This document shows positions 17,085 through 27,362 of a stretch of 64,000 nucleotides of DNA, one piece after another. The notes under the pieces were generated by a model. The model was not told the DNA's origin. It did not search any database and worked only from the letters and a program-made list of their open reading frames with translations. Position numbers and translations under genes: made by a program. The DNA lies in contig CAZYAY010000006.1 of NCBI GenBank assembly GCA_964646215.1, forward strand, positions 2,747-66,746, in the 5' to 3' direction. Within the stretch, counting starts at the first letter, position 1. Every line of letters begins with the position of its first letter. This DNA comes from an uncultured Candidatus Kuenenia sp. Lineage in GTDB: Bacteria; Planctomycetota; Planctomycetia; Gemmatales; Gemmataceae.

Positions 17085-18717
17085 GCACTTTCAAGACCGA
17101 ATCGACGCTAAAGACGTTGGTAGAGTTTTAGAAGTTGGCGATGGTATTGCCCGTGTCTACGGCCTTACAGGTGTAATGGCTGGAGAAATGGTTGATTTTC
17201 CTCGTGCCGGCATCAAGGGCTTGGCCTTCAACCTCGAAGAAAATTCGGTTGGGGTTATCATTCTTGGCAAGTACCTCGATATCAAGGAAGGTGATGAAGT
17301 TCAGACCACGGGGGCTCTGCTTCGTGTTCCTGTTGGTGATGCTTTAATTGGACGTGTTGTTGATCCTCTTGGTGTTCCCAAGGATGGAAAAGGCCCAATT
17401 ATCACAAGTCATACTCGTGCAGTTGAATCGAACGCACCAGGTGTTGCTGGCAGGCAGCCTGTTGATGAACCAATGCAAACCGGTATCAAAGCTATTGATG
17501 CGATGACTCCTGTTGGTCGTGGTCAGCGTGAATTGATTATTGGTGATCGCAAAACTGGAAAAACAACTATTGCACTCGATACCATTATTAATCAAAAAGG
17601 TACCGGGGTTATTTGCGTTTATGTTGCCATCGGGCAAAAAGATTCCACCGTTGCCAAGGTTGTTGAGATTCTTAAGGCTAATGGAGCAATGGATTACACC
17701 ATTATTGTGGATGCCAGTTCTGCTGATGCAGCACCTCTGCAATATATTGCGCCTTATGCTGGTTGCGCAATGGCCGAATACTATATGTATGAAAAAGGCA
17801 TGGCCACTCTTTGCGTTTATGATGATTTAAGTAAACAAGCAGCGGCATACCGTCAATTATCGCTTCTCATGCGTAGGCCTCCTGGTCGTGAAGCATATCC
17901 TGGTGATATTTTTTATGCACATTCCCGTTTGCTTGAACGATCAGCAAAACTTGCAGAGCGGTATGTGATTGTTGACAAAAATTCTGATGAATCAAAAGTG
18001 ACTGATGATTGGGGCGTAAACCGTGATGAAGCGGGTAAAGGCGTGGTTTATGTTGGCCCAGCAGGCAAAGAGCATGCTTTAAAACATGATCTTCCCAAGC
18101 ATCCTAATCATAAACTTGCCAAAGTTCCGAATTCAGGTGGTTCTTTAACTGCACTGCCGATCATTGAAACCATGGAAGGTGAAGTTTCAGCTTATATTCC
18201 AACCAATGTGATTTCGATTACAGATGGACAGATTTATTTGCAAGGTTCCTTATTCAATGCTGGCGTACGTCCCGCAGTGGATGTAGGTATCAGCGTTTCC
18301 CGCGTGGGTGGTAAAGCTCAGATTTCCGCCATGAAGCAGGTCGCTGGTGGTTTGCGATTGGATCTTGCCTCCTTTAGGGAATTGGAAGCTTTTGCACAGC
18401 TTGGCACGGAACTTGATAAAACTTCCCAATCCCAGTTGGATCGTGGCTACAGCGTTGTTGAAATATTAAAACAACCGCCCTACAGGCCTATGCATGTTGC
18501 AGATCAGGTAATGATCATTTATGCAGCGACCAAAGGGTTTTTAGACAAGGTTGAAAGATCCAAAGTACAGGCATGGGAACTTCAGTTCTTGGCCTTCATG
18601 AAAGAACAGAAACCTGAAGTTCGAAATGCTTTGATTAGTGAAAAGAAGTTGACTCCAGATCTAATTAAAAAGCTGGAAGCATCTATTAATGAGTTTGGTT
18701 TTCAGTTCAAAGGCTAA
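17035..18717 (+). CDS. atpA: F0F1 ATP synthase subunit alpha
   Basis: Walker A GDRKTGKT, plus [41 protein letters not shown] and [13 protein letters not shown] chose the ATG at 17035 ([10 protein letters not shown]...). Confidence 0.97.
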   Translation: MRFKADEIASVLQKEIEHFQDRIDAKDVGRVLEVGDGIARVYGLTGVMAGEMVDFPRAGIKGLAFNLEENSVGVIILGKYLDIKEGDEVQTTGALLRVPVGDALIGRVVDPLGVPKDGKGPIITSHTRAVESNAPGVAGRQPVDEPMQTGIKAIDAMTPVGRGQRELIIGDRKTGKTTIALDTIINQKGTGVICVYVAIGQKDSTVAKVVEILKANGAMDYTIIVDASSADAAPLQYIAPYAGCAMAEYYMYEKGMATLCVYDDLSKQAAAYRQLSLLMRRPPGREAYPGDIFYAHSRLLERSAKLAERYVIVDKNSDESKVTDDWGVNRDEAGKGVVYVGPAGKEHALKHDLPKHPNHKLAKVPNSGGSLTALPIIETMEGEVSAYIPTNVISITDGQIYLQGSLFNAGVRPAVDVGISVSRVGGKAQISAMKQVAGGLRLDLASFRELEAFAQLGTELDKTSQSQLDRGYSVVEILKQPPYRPMHVADQVMIIYAATKGFLDKVERSKVQAWELQFLAFMKEQKPEVRNALISEKKLTPDLIKKLEASINEFGFQFKG

Positions 18718-18739
18718 TATTGGGTGAAGGTGTTTAATT

Positions 18740-19621
18740 ATGGCAAAAACTCGTGAACTTGTGGTTCGAAGAAAAGCGATCCGCAATATTCGCAAGATAA
18801 CCCGGACCATGGAACTTATCGCAACAGCGCGATTTAAGAAGGCCATGGATCGGACTGTTGAAGCGGCAGCTTACACCAAAAAGATTGCTGAGATCGCTGC
18901 TGAACTTTCGGCCTCAGTCCAAGATGTCACCCATCCTCTTTTGGTAAAGCGTGAAAAAATCTCCAAGAGGATTTTGCTCGTTATTTGCTCTAATCGTGGT
19001 CTTTGTGGTGGTTATAACGCGGGTATTTTACGAGAAGCAACCAACAGTTTGAGTGCAGCTAAATCTAGGGGTGAAGAAACTCTTTTGGAACTTAGTGGAA
19101 AGCGTGCAATTGCTTTTTTTAAATACCAGCAAATTGATCCTGTTGCCACTTACATTAATTTTGAAGATAAACCCAAGTTTGATGAGGTTGAACCTCTAGC
19201 TGATAAATTTATCCGTGAATTTGTTTCTGGTAATGTTGACGCTGTTGATGTTGCATACATGAAGTTTCATAATCCAGCAAGACAATACCCGGTTGTTGAA
19301 ACAATACTGCCTTTTGCAAAACCAAATGATTCTTCCACCGCAATCGTTAATAAAAACGAAAACACCAGCTACGAGTTTCTGCCCAATGCGCAAGATATTC
19401 TAGAGGAGCTTCTTCCCCAGGCATTTAAAGCCTCCCTCTTCAAATGTTTTCTTGATGCTGCAGTTAGTGAGCAAATTGGCAGACGTGTGACTATGAAGGC
19501 GGCAACCGAAAATGCAGATGATATGATCAAGGCTATTTCTTTGCTTTACAACAGAGCTAGACAAGCTCAGATTACCAAGGAAATATCTGAAATTATCGGT
19601 GGAGCTGCTGCGCTGGAATAA
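18740..19621 (+). CDS. atpG: F0F1 ATP synthase subunit gamma
   Basis: N-terminal RRKAIRNIRKITRTMELIATARFKKA and C-terminal LYNRARQAQITKEISEIIGGAAAL are diagnostic of the gamma subunit. Confidence 0.95.
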   Translation: MAKTRELVVRRKAIRNIRKITRTMELIATARFKKAMDRTVEAAAYTKKIAEIAAELSASVQDVTHPLLVKREKISKRILLVICSNRGLCGGYNAGILREATNSLSAAKSRGEETLLELSGKRAIAFFKYQQIDPVATYINFEDKPKFDEVEPLADKFIREFVSGNVDAVDVAYMKFHNPARQYPVVETILPFAKPNDSSTAIVNKNENTSYEFLPNAQDILEELLPQAFKASLFKCFLDAAVSEQIGRRVTMKAATENADDMIKAISLLYNRARQAQITKEISEIIGGAAALE

Positions 19622-19630
19622 GTTGGATAA

Positions 19631-21130
<1,500 letters not shown>

Positions 21131-21133
21131 ACC

Positions 21134-21535
21134 ATGGCAGAAAACCAATCTAAACTTCAGTGTATTGTTGTGACACCCGAAAGAGCCTTGGTAGACCAAG
21201 AATCCGATTCTTTGGTAATACCATTGTTTGACGGCGAAATGGGGATTTTGCCTAATAGGGCTGCCTTGGTTTCGAAGCTTGGGTTTGGTTGCCTTCGTAT
21301 TCGTAACGGATCCACTGATTCCATTTTCTTTATTGAAGGTGGAACAGTCCAAGTATCCAAGAATATTGTTACATTATTAACCCCAAGGGCTACCGATCTA
21401 GCGACTTTGGATATAACTTCTGCAAAGGCTATCCTCGAATCCAATCTTGAGGGCAAAACAGCCAACGAGCGATCAAAACTCAAAGAACGAGCCCGTGCAA
21501 TCGTTCGTGCAGGTGCTAAACTTAACAGAAAGTAA
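21134..21535 (+). CDS. atpC: F0F1 ATP synthase subunit epsilon
   Basis: 133 aa, starting 3 nt after atpD. It has a beta-sandwich N-terminal pattern (LQCIVVTPERAL...GEMGILPNRAALVSKL) followed by a C-terminal helical hairpin. Confidence 0.9.
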   Translation: MAENQSKLQCIVVTPERALVDQESDSLVIPLFDGEMGILPNRAALVSKLGFGCLRIRNGSTDSIFFIEGGTVQVSKNIVTLLTPRATDLATLDITSAKAILESNLEGKTANERSKLKERARAIVRAGAKLNRK

Positions 21536-21551
21536 TCCTTACTTTTCTGCT

Positions 21552-23606
21552 TTATTTATCCGATAACAACACCAAACAAGACTTTGCTTCCACTGGATAA
21601 ATGCTTTCAAAGGCAATGTTTGGTGCTTCGTGGAAGGCTACGATATCGAGAGGCGAGGCCTTTGCGGTGTCAATAATACGGCGCCATGGTCTTCCAGTTG
21701 GTGAAGCGGGGATTTTACATTCTGCAGGATCATTCCCTGAATTCATAGCAACAAAGAAGTCAGCATCGGTTTCTCGGCCGGTTTTTAAACCATTTAAAGC
21801 AAAAGCAAGGAAAGTGCTGGAACATGTAAAATCAGGGTTTAATGGGGTTATTCCGTGCCAAATAATATCTCCAACTTTCATGAAAGTTCTTCTTCTTAAG
21901 GCGGGATGTGCCAGCCTCAATTTGATTATTTCTTTAGTAAAGCGATGAAAATCAGAGTTTCTCTCAAGGAACGTCCAGTCGATCCAACTGATATCATTAT
22001 CTTGGCACCAAGCATTATTATTCCCTTTTTGTGTACGCAAGAATTCATCCCCTGCCAGCATCATGGGCACGCCTTGGGAAATAAACAAAGTAACATAAAA
22101 GTTTCTGACTTGTCTTTTTCTTAAACCAAGGATGTAGGGGTCACTGGTCGGACCTTCTTCACCACAATTCCAGCTGAAATTTTCCGAACAACCATCATTA
22201 TTCCCCTCCCCATTTCGGAAGTTATGCTTCACGTTGTAGGATACAAGATCCCAAAGAGTGAATCCATCGTGGCAGGTTATAAAATTTAAGCTATGTCGAG
22301 GCTTTCTTCCTGAAGATTCGTAAAGGTCGGAACTGCCACAAATACGGGTCGCCAGCAAAGAAGCGATTCCTGGTTCTCCCCGCCAAAACCTGCGGATATC
22401 ATCTCGAAATTGACCATTCCACTCGCTCCATCTTCTTCCATATGGGAAAAGCCCGACTTGATATAACCCAGCGGCATCCCAAGGTTCAGCAATTAACTTG
22501 GTGTCTGCAAGTACGCCATCTTCGGCGATCATTTCTACGATCGGTGGTTCCACTAAGACATTTCCAAGATAATCCCGACCTAGTATGGATGCGAGGTCGA
22601 AGCGTAGGCCATCAACATTCATATCAGCGACCCAGAATCGTAAACTGTTCGTAATCATTTCCCTTACAACTGGATGGTTGCAATTTAGGGTATTACCGCA
22701 TCCTGAAAAATTAAAATAATTGCCATCTTTGTCGACCATGTAATAGGTGGAATTATCGAGACCTCTGAAACTGTAGGTTCTACCACGATGATTTCCTTCG
22801 CCGGTATGGTTGAAAACAACATCCATGATTACTTCGATTCCTGCCATATGGAAGGCATGGACCATTTTCCGGAATTCAACTATGTGTTGGTTTATATTCC
22901 CCACGCTTGCATAGGAAGTTTTTGGTGCATTGAAGGAGATAGTATTATAACCCCATAAATTACGGTGTTTTTCTCCAGTTGCGGGATCAAAAAAAGGACA
23001 ATCATTTTCGTCAAACTCATGGACGGGTAAAAGTTCCACCGCGGTGATTCCCAAGTTTTTTAAATAGGGGATTTTTTCTATCAACGCATCAAAAGTTCCT
23101 GGATTGACAGTCATTGAAGTTGGATGGCATGTAAATCCGCGGACATGAACTTCATAAATTATACTGTCTTCCATTGGAGTGCATAAATGGGTGTCTTCCA
23201 TTTGGGGGATTTCGTTATTTGTGAAAATGCTTAGTCTGCTGGTATGGTGGGCCATGGATTCATCGTTAACACCCCATTCTGATCCTCCGGAGATGGTTTT
23301 GCATTGTGGATCTAAAAGCAAATGCTCAGGATCAAAACGATGGATGGGAGACTGCGGGCCATTTACCCGCCAACCATAACAAAAAGAGTCGGGTAGGCCT
23401 TCGACAGCAATATGCCAATGATCCCCTGTTCTGCTTTTTCTTGGGTGTAGAACTATTTCTGCAATGGGCTCTTTGGTCTCAAGCGTAAATAAAGCAAGAT
23501 GCACTTCTGTCCCGTGCCTGCATAATAATGCAAAATTGATGGTGTTATTAAGTTGTGTAGCCCCAAGGGGAAGGCATTTGCCGCGGGATAACTTTAATGG
23601 AGTCAT
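21552..23606 (-). CDS. glgX: Glycogen debranching enzyme (isoamylase-type, GH13 with N-terminal CBM48)
   Basis: GH13 conserved regions are present: VIMDVVFNHTGEG, DGLRFDLASIL, LIAEPWD, FITCHDGFTL. The N-terminal PLGAT...NFALLCRHGTEV matches CBM48/GlgX. Confidence 0.92.
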   Translation of the reverse strand: MTPLKLSRGKCLPLGATQLNNTINFALLCRHGTEVHLALFTLETKEPIAEIVLHPRKSRTGDHWHIAVEGLPDSFCYGWRVNGPQSPIHRFDPEHLLLDPQCKTISGGSEWGVNDESMAHHTSRLSIFTNNEIPQMEDTHLCTPMEDSIIYEVHVRGFTCHPTSMTVNPGTFDALIEKIPYLKNLGITAVELLPVHEFDENDCPFFDPATGEKHRNLWGYNTISFNAPKTSYASVGNINQHIVEFRKMVHAFHMAGIEVIMDVVFNHTGEGNHRGRTYSFRGLDNSTYYMVDKDGNYFNFSGCGNTLNCNHPVVREMITNSLRFWVADMNVDGLRFDLASILGRDYLGNVLVEPPIVEMIAEDGVLADTKLIAEPWDAAGLYQVGLFPYGRRWSEWNGQFRDDIRRFWRGEPGIASLLATRICGSSDLYESSGRKPRHSLNFITCHDGFTLWDLVSYNVKHNFRNGEGNNDGCSENFSWNCGEEGPTSDPYILGLRKRQVRNFYVTLFISQGVPMMLAGDEFLRTQKGNNNAWCQDNDISWIDWTFLERNSDFHRFTKEIIKLRLAHPALRRRTFMKVGDIIWHGITPLNPDFTCSSTFLAFALNGLKTGRETDADFFVAMNSGNDPAECKIPASPTGRPWRRIIDTAKASPLDIVAFHEAPNIAFESIYPVEAKSCLVLLSDK

Positions 23607-23714
23607 TTTGTTATTGAGCCAATACAGTTAAATTACAATTAGCAATAGACATAAAAATATAAAAGAACATTGGCTATTGTGTGTCAAGAATACTGAAAAG
23701 ACTAAGAAATATAC

Positions 23715-23741
23715 TTGCATTTTTTCAAATAACTTTATAAT
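23715..23741 (+). promoter_or_regulatory. Candidate sigma-70-type promoter for rho (TTGCAT-N15-TATAAT)
   Basis: TTGCAT at 23715-23720 and a perfect TATAAT at 23736-23741. The 15-nt spacer is shorter than optimal. It would give a leader of about 170 nt before rho. This is a pattern match in an AT-rich region only. Confidence 0.25.
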
Positions 23742-23917
23742 CTAAAATTGTTAGATTTATAGTTGTTCAAGATAAACCACTTTAACTGGTTATTTAACCA
23801 AACAACAAAGCACAGTGGTACTTGTTGACCTAATTTACTGGCCTACCAGGTTTAATTATTCTTGTTAAAATATGGATCATTTTCTAATTATTTAAAGTCC
23901 CCTTAGGAGGATTGATT

Positions 23918-25345
23918 ATGTCCGTCGCACGCGGCGACGAAGGGATGGGCAACCTAGCTAGGAAAAGAGTAGTTCGCAAATCTCCAGAACAAGCTTCCCC
24001 TTCACGCAATAATGAATCGAATCAACCGAATCAACCGAATCAACCGGCTCAACCAATTCCGCAAGTTCCAAAAGTGCAAACCAGCACAAGGCTTGATGAT
24101 TTGTACAGGCTTTCAATGCCTAAACTTTTTGCGCATGCCGAACAAGAAGGAATTGCTGAACATACCGGTATGACCCGTGTGCAGTTGATTGTTTCGGTAG
24201 TTCGCAGGCAGATTGAGCGTGGTAATGCCGTCAAAGGTTCCGGAACTTTGGAAGTCTTGCCTGATGGGTATGGATTTCTTCGAAGTGCCGCCCATAATTA
24301 TTTGGCTTCCCCTGAAGATATTTATGTTTCTCCCAGTCAAATTCGCAGACTAGGTTTAAGAACAGGTCTTATGATTGAAGGGCCTATCCGCCTACCAATT
24401 GAAGGGCAGGATAACTTTGCATTGATGCAGGTTGAACTAGTTCAAGGTCGTGCGCCAGATGAGCGTGCCCGCCCTGTGGTTTTTGAAGATCTAACCCCGC
24501 TTCATCCTAATAAAAGGCTTTTCCTGGAAACTTCGGGTGGTGAACTTTCAACTAGAGTTGTTGATTTAATTACGCCTATTGGTAAAGGTCAACGTGGCTT
24601 GATTGTTTCTCCTCCACGAGCAGGAAAAACTGTTCTTTTGATGCGCATAGCCCAGGCAATTAAACAAAATCACCCTGAAGCTTATCTGATTGTTCTGCTT
24701 ATTGATGAACGCCCGGAGGAAGTTACAGAAATGGTTCGCTCTGTTGCCAGCGCCAACGCTGAAGTTGTGGCTAGTACTTTTGATGAACCTTCCTCTGACC
24801 ATGTTCATGTCAGTGAAATCGCAATGGAAAAGGCAAAAAGATTGGTGGAAGATGGCAGAGATGTGATTATTCTTTTGGACTCAATTACAAGGCTTGCCAG
24901 AGCCCACAATTCTGAGGCGCCTTCGGGTGGTAAATTGCTTAGCGGTGGTCTTGATTCTAATGCGATGCAAAAGCCAAAGAGGTTTTTTGGGGCTGCTCGT
25001 AATATCGAAAATGGTGGCAGTCTTACTATTCTGGCCACTGCTTTGATTGACACTGGTTCTAGGATGGACGAAGTTATTTTTGAAGAATTCAAAGGAACCG
25101 GCAATATGGAAGTCCATCTTGACCGAAGATTGGTTGATAAGCGTGTTTGGCCAGCAATTGATATTAACCGTTCTGGTACTCGAAAAGAAGAACTGCTCAT
25201 GCACCCCGATGAACTTGAAAGAGTTCGTGCTCTTCGCAGGGTGCTTGCAGATATGCATCCGGTAGATGCGATGGAATTAATGGTGTCCAGACTTAAGAAA
25301 TGTAAGACAAATGCTGAGTTTCTTATGAATATGAACATGGCTTAG
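23918..25345 (+). CDS. rho: Transcription termination factor Rho with an N-terminal extension of about 55 aa
   Basis: AGGAGG RBS precedes ATG 23918. Rho_N (LYRLSMPKLFAHAEQEGI), the RNA-binding domain (GTLEVLPDGYGFLRS...YVSPSQIRRLGLRTG), Walker A PPRAGKT and the C-terminal NRSGTRKEELL are all present. Confidence 0.96.
   Translation: MSVARGDEGMGNLARKRVVRKSPEQASPSRNNESNQPNQPNQPAQPIPQVPKVQTSTRLDDLYRLSMPKLFAHAEQEGIAEHTGMTRVQLIVSVVRRQIERGNAVKGSGTLEVLPDGYGFLRSAAHNYLASPEDIYVSPSQIRRLGLRTGLMIEGPIRLPIEGQDNFALMQVELVQGRAPDERARPVVFEDLTPLHPNKRLFLETSGGELSTRVVDLITPIGKGQRGLIVSPPRAGKTVLLMRIAQAIKQNHPEAYLIVLLIDERPEEVTEMVRSVASANAEVVASTFDEPSSDHVHVSEIAMEKAKRLVEDGRDVIILLDSITRLARAHNSEAPSGGKLLSGGLDSNAMQKPKRFFGAARNIENGGSLTILATALIDTGSRMDEVIFEEFKGTGNMEVHLDRRLVDKRVWPAIDINRSGTRKEELLMHPDELERVRALRRVLADMHPVDAMELMVSRLKKCKTNAEFLMNMNMA
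24020..24046 (+). repeat. Perfect 3 x 9-bp in-frame tandem repeat (AATCAACCG) inside rho
   Basis: AATCAACCG occurs at 24020-24028, 24029-24037 and 24038-24046. Degenerate copies flank it (AATGAATCG at 24011-24019, GCTCAACCA at 24047-24055). It encodes NQPNQPNQP(AQP). Confidence 0.9.
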
Positions 25346-25361
25346 TTAGCCCGGATGCCAG

Positions 25362-26852
25362 ATGGATATTGAATCAAAATACCTGAAATTAAAAGGGCAT
25401 TTTAAAAATGCCCGGGTGATTGAGTCTTGTGCCGAATTAATCGGCTGGGACGAAAGAACGAATATGCCTCCTGGTGGGGCAGACCTTCGTTCACTTCAAA
25501 ATTCCGCCCTTTCAAAATTACACCATGAACTTGTTACAGAGTCGTGGATTGGCGATACACTTAATGAACTTGCCACTGAGTGTGCCAGTTTACCTGACAA
25601 TTCCGACATGTCTGTTAATGTCCGGGAATGGCATCGTGTTTTTACCCGTGCTAACAAAATCCCTGTTTCTTTGGTTGAAGAGCTTTCCAAAACATTTGTT
25701 TATTCACAGCAGGCTTGGCAGGAAGCTAGATCTCAGAACAATTTTAGTCTCTTTGAAAAATGGCTTAAGAAAATAATAGACCTCAAAAGACAGGAAGCAA
25801 AATGTCTTGCGAATGGAAATGCAAGTTATGATGCGTTGTTGGATGATTATGAACCGGGTGCGACTTCAGTCGAATTGGACTCGATTTTCTATCCTTTAAA
25901 AGATTCAATCATTCAGGTTTTGAATAAATGCCCCAAGGATAATAAACGAAACTTGATTTTGGGGAACTATCCCGAACAAAGACAAAAGATTTTCAGCGAA
26001 ATTGTTGCTGGTTACTGTGGTTTCGATTTTAATGCCGGCCGCCTTGATACTACTGCGCACCCTTTTTGCTGTGGTATAGGTCCTGGGGACTGCAGAATTA
26101 CGACTCGATTTAATCCTTCAGATTTCTCATCAGGGTTGTTTGGCGTTTTGCATGAAGCCGGTCATGGTTTGTATGAGCAAGGATTGGATCCTGATCATTT
26201 TGGATTACCTACTGGAACCGCTGTATCCCTTGGAATTCACGAGTCACAATCTCGCCTTCTCGAAAACCAGGTTGGTAGATCTTTGGAGTTTTGGCATTTT
26301 ATATACCCTCTTGCCATTAAATTTTTCCCGACACAATTATCCAATATTCAATTGCATGACTTTCATAAAGCGATCAATCAGGTTCAACCTGGTTTTATCA
26401 GGGTCGATGCTGATGAGGTTACTTATAATCTTCATATTATTTTTCGTTATGAACTTGAAAAAGAATTACTTTCGCAGAATCTTTCTACCAAAGATCTCCC
26501 GGAAGCTTGGAAAACCAAGATGGAAAGTTATCTTGGTTTGACTCCAAAAAATGATGCCATGGGTTGTTTGCAGGATATCCATTGGAGCGCTGGGCTTTTT
26601 GGGTATTTCCCCACTTATCTTCTTGGAAATCTTTATTCTGCTCAATTTATTGCCAAGGCCAAACAAGTGATAGGTTGGAATAACGTCTCTCTTAATGTTG
26701 ATATTCTGCAGGAATTACGGCAGTGGTTGAAAAAGAATATTCATATCCAAGGTAAAAGATTTAAACCAGGAAAACTTTGTGAAAATGTAACATCAGAAAA
26801 ATTAAACAAAAAGTATTTTGAACATTACATCGCATCGAAGTTTAATTCTTAA
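25362..26852 (+). CDS. Carboxypeptidase Taq-type metallopeptidase (family M32)
   Basis: The M32 signatures are present: HPFCCG, DCRITTRF, HEAGHGLYEQG (HExxH), IRVDADEVTYNLHI, GCLQDIHWS. Confidence 0.92.
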   Translation: MDIESKYLKLKGHFKNARVIESCAELIGWDERTNMPPGGADLRSLQNSALSKLHHELVTESWIGDTLNELATECASLPDNSDMSVNVREWHRVFTRANKIPVSLVEELSKTFVYSQQAWQEARSQNNFSLFEKWLKKIIDLKRQEAKCLANGNASYDALLDDYEPGATSVELDSIFYPLKDSIIQVLNKCPKDNKRNLILGNYPEQRQKIFSEIVAGYCGFDFNAGRLDTTAHPFCCGIGPGDCRITTRFNPSDFSSGLFGVLHEAGHGLYEQGLDPDHFGLPTGTAVSLGIHESQSRLLENQVGRSLEFWHFIYPLAIKFFPTQLSNIQLHDFHKAINQVQPGFIRVDADEVTYNLHIIFRYELEKELLSQNLSTKDLPEAWKTKMESYLGLTPKNDAMGCLQDIHWSAGLFGYFPTYLLGNLYSAQFIAKAKQVIGWNNVSLNVDILQELRQWLKKNIHIQGKRFKPGKLCENVTSEKLNKKYFEHYIASKFNS

Positions 26853-27223
26853 TTTTCCTGATCAAAAACAAATGAAGTTTTTGAAACAATTTCTCTTAAA
26901 TCATGAATTTTAAATGGTTTGCAAATAACCTTGTGGCCTAGCAACTCTTTATTTGCTGTGTGATTTCTATCAGCAGTCATTAAAATTATTGCAGTAACTT
27001 GTTTTTGAATAAGAATATTAGCAAGAGTAACACCATCGATTCCCGGAAGGGAAATATCAATTAATGCGAGATCAGGAGTGATCATGCTTGAAACACGGAG
27101 AGCTTCCTCGCCAGAAGAAACAGAAAGAACTTTACAGCCCCAGTTAGCTATTCCCCTGTTGATTATAAGCCGTGTTGATGTATCATCCTCGACTAGGAGT
27201 ATTGTTTTTTCTGATTGAAGCAT
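26849..27223 (-). CDS. Stand-alone response-regulator receiver domain (CheY-like)
   Basis: LLVEDD acidic pair, phospho-acceptor D in LALIDISLPGIDG, and the ILMTA and KPF motifs. 124 aa with no output domain. Confidence 0.88.
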   Translation of the reverse strand: MLQSEKTILLVEDDTSTRLIINRGIANWGCKVLSVSSGEEALRVSSMITPDLALIDISLPGIDGVTLANILIQKQVTAIILMTADRNHTANKELLGHKVICKPFKIHDLREIVSKTSFVFDQEN

Positions 27224-27362
27224 AAAAACCCTTGCTAATTAAATCAGGAAAAATTTTAGAAACCCTAGTATGCTAATGGATATCATCACATTAGAGTTTA
27301 TGAATAATAATGTTAAGATCGTGGTAATGCAGTAATTAAATAACTTTAATTAAGAGGTTAGT

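Noticed and set aside
24805-25338. 177-aa and 125-aa antisense ORFs inside rho
   Set aside because: These are shadow ORFs opposite the conserved Rho ATPase domain. They are Ser/Leu/Arg-rich, as expected from reverse-complement reading of a coding frame.
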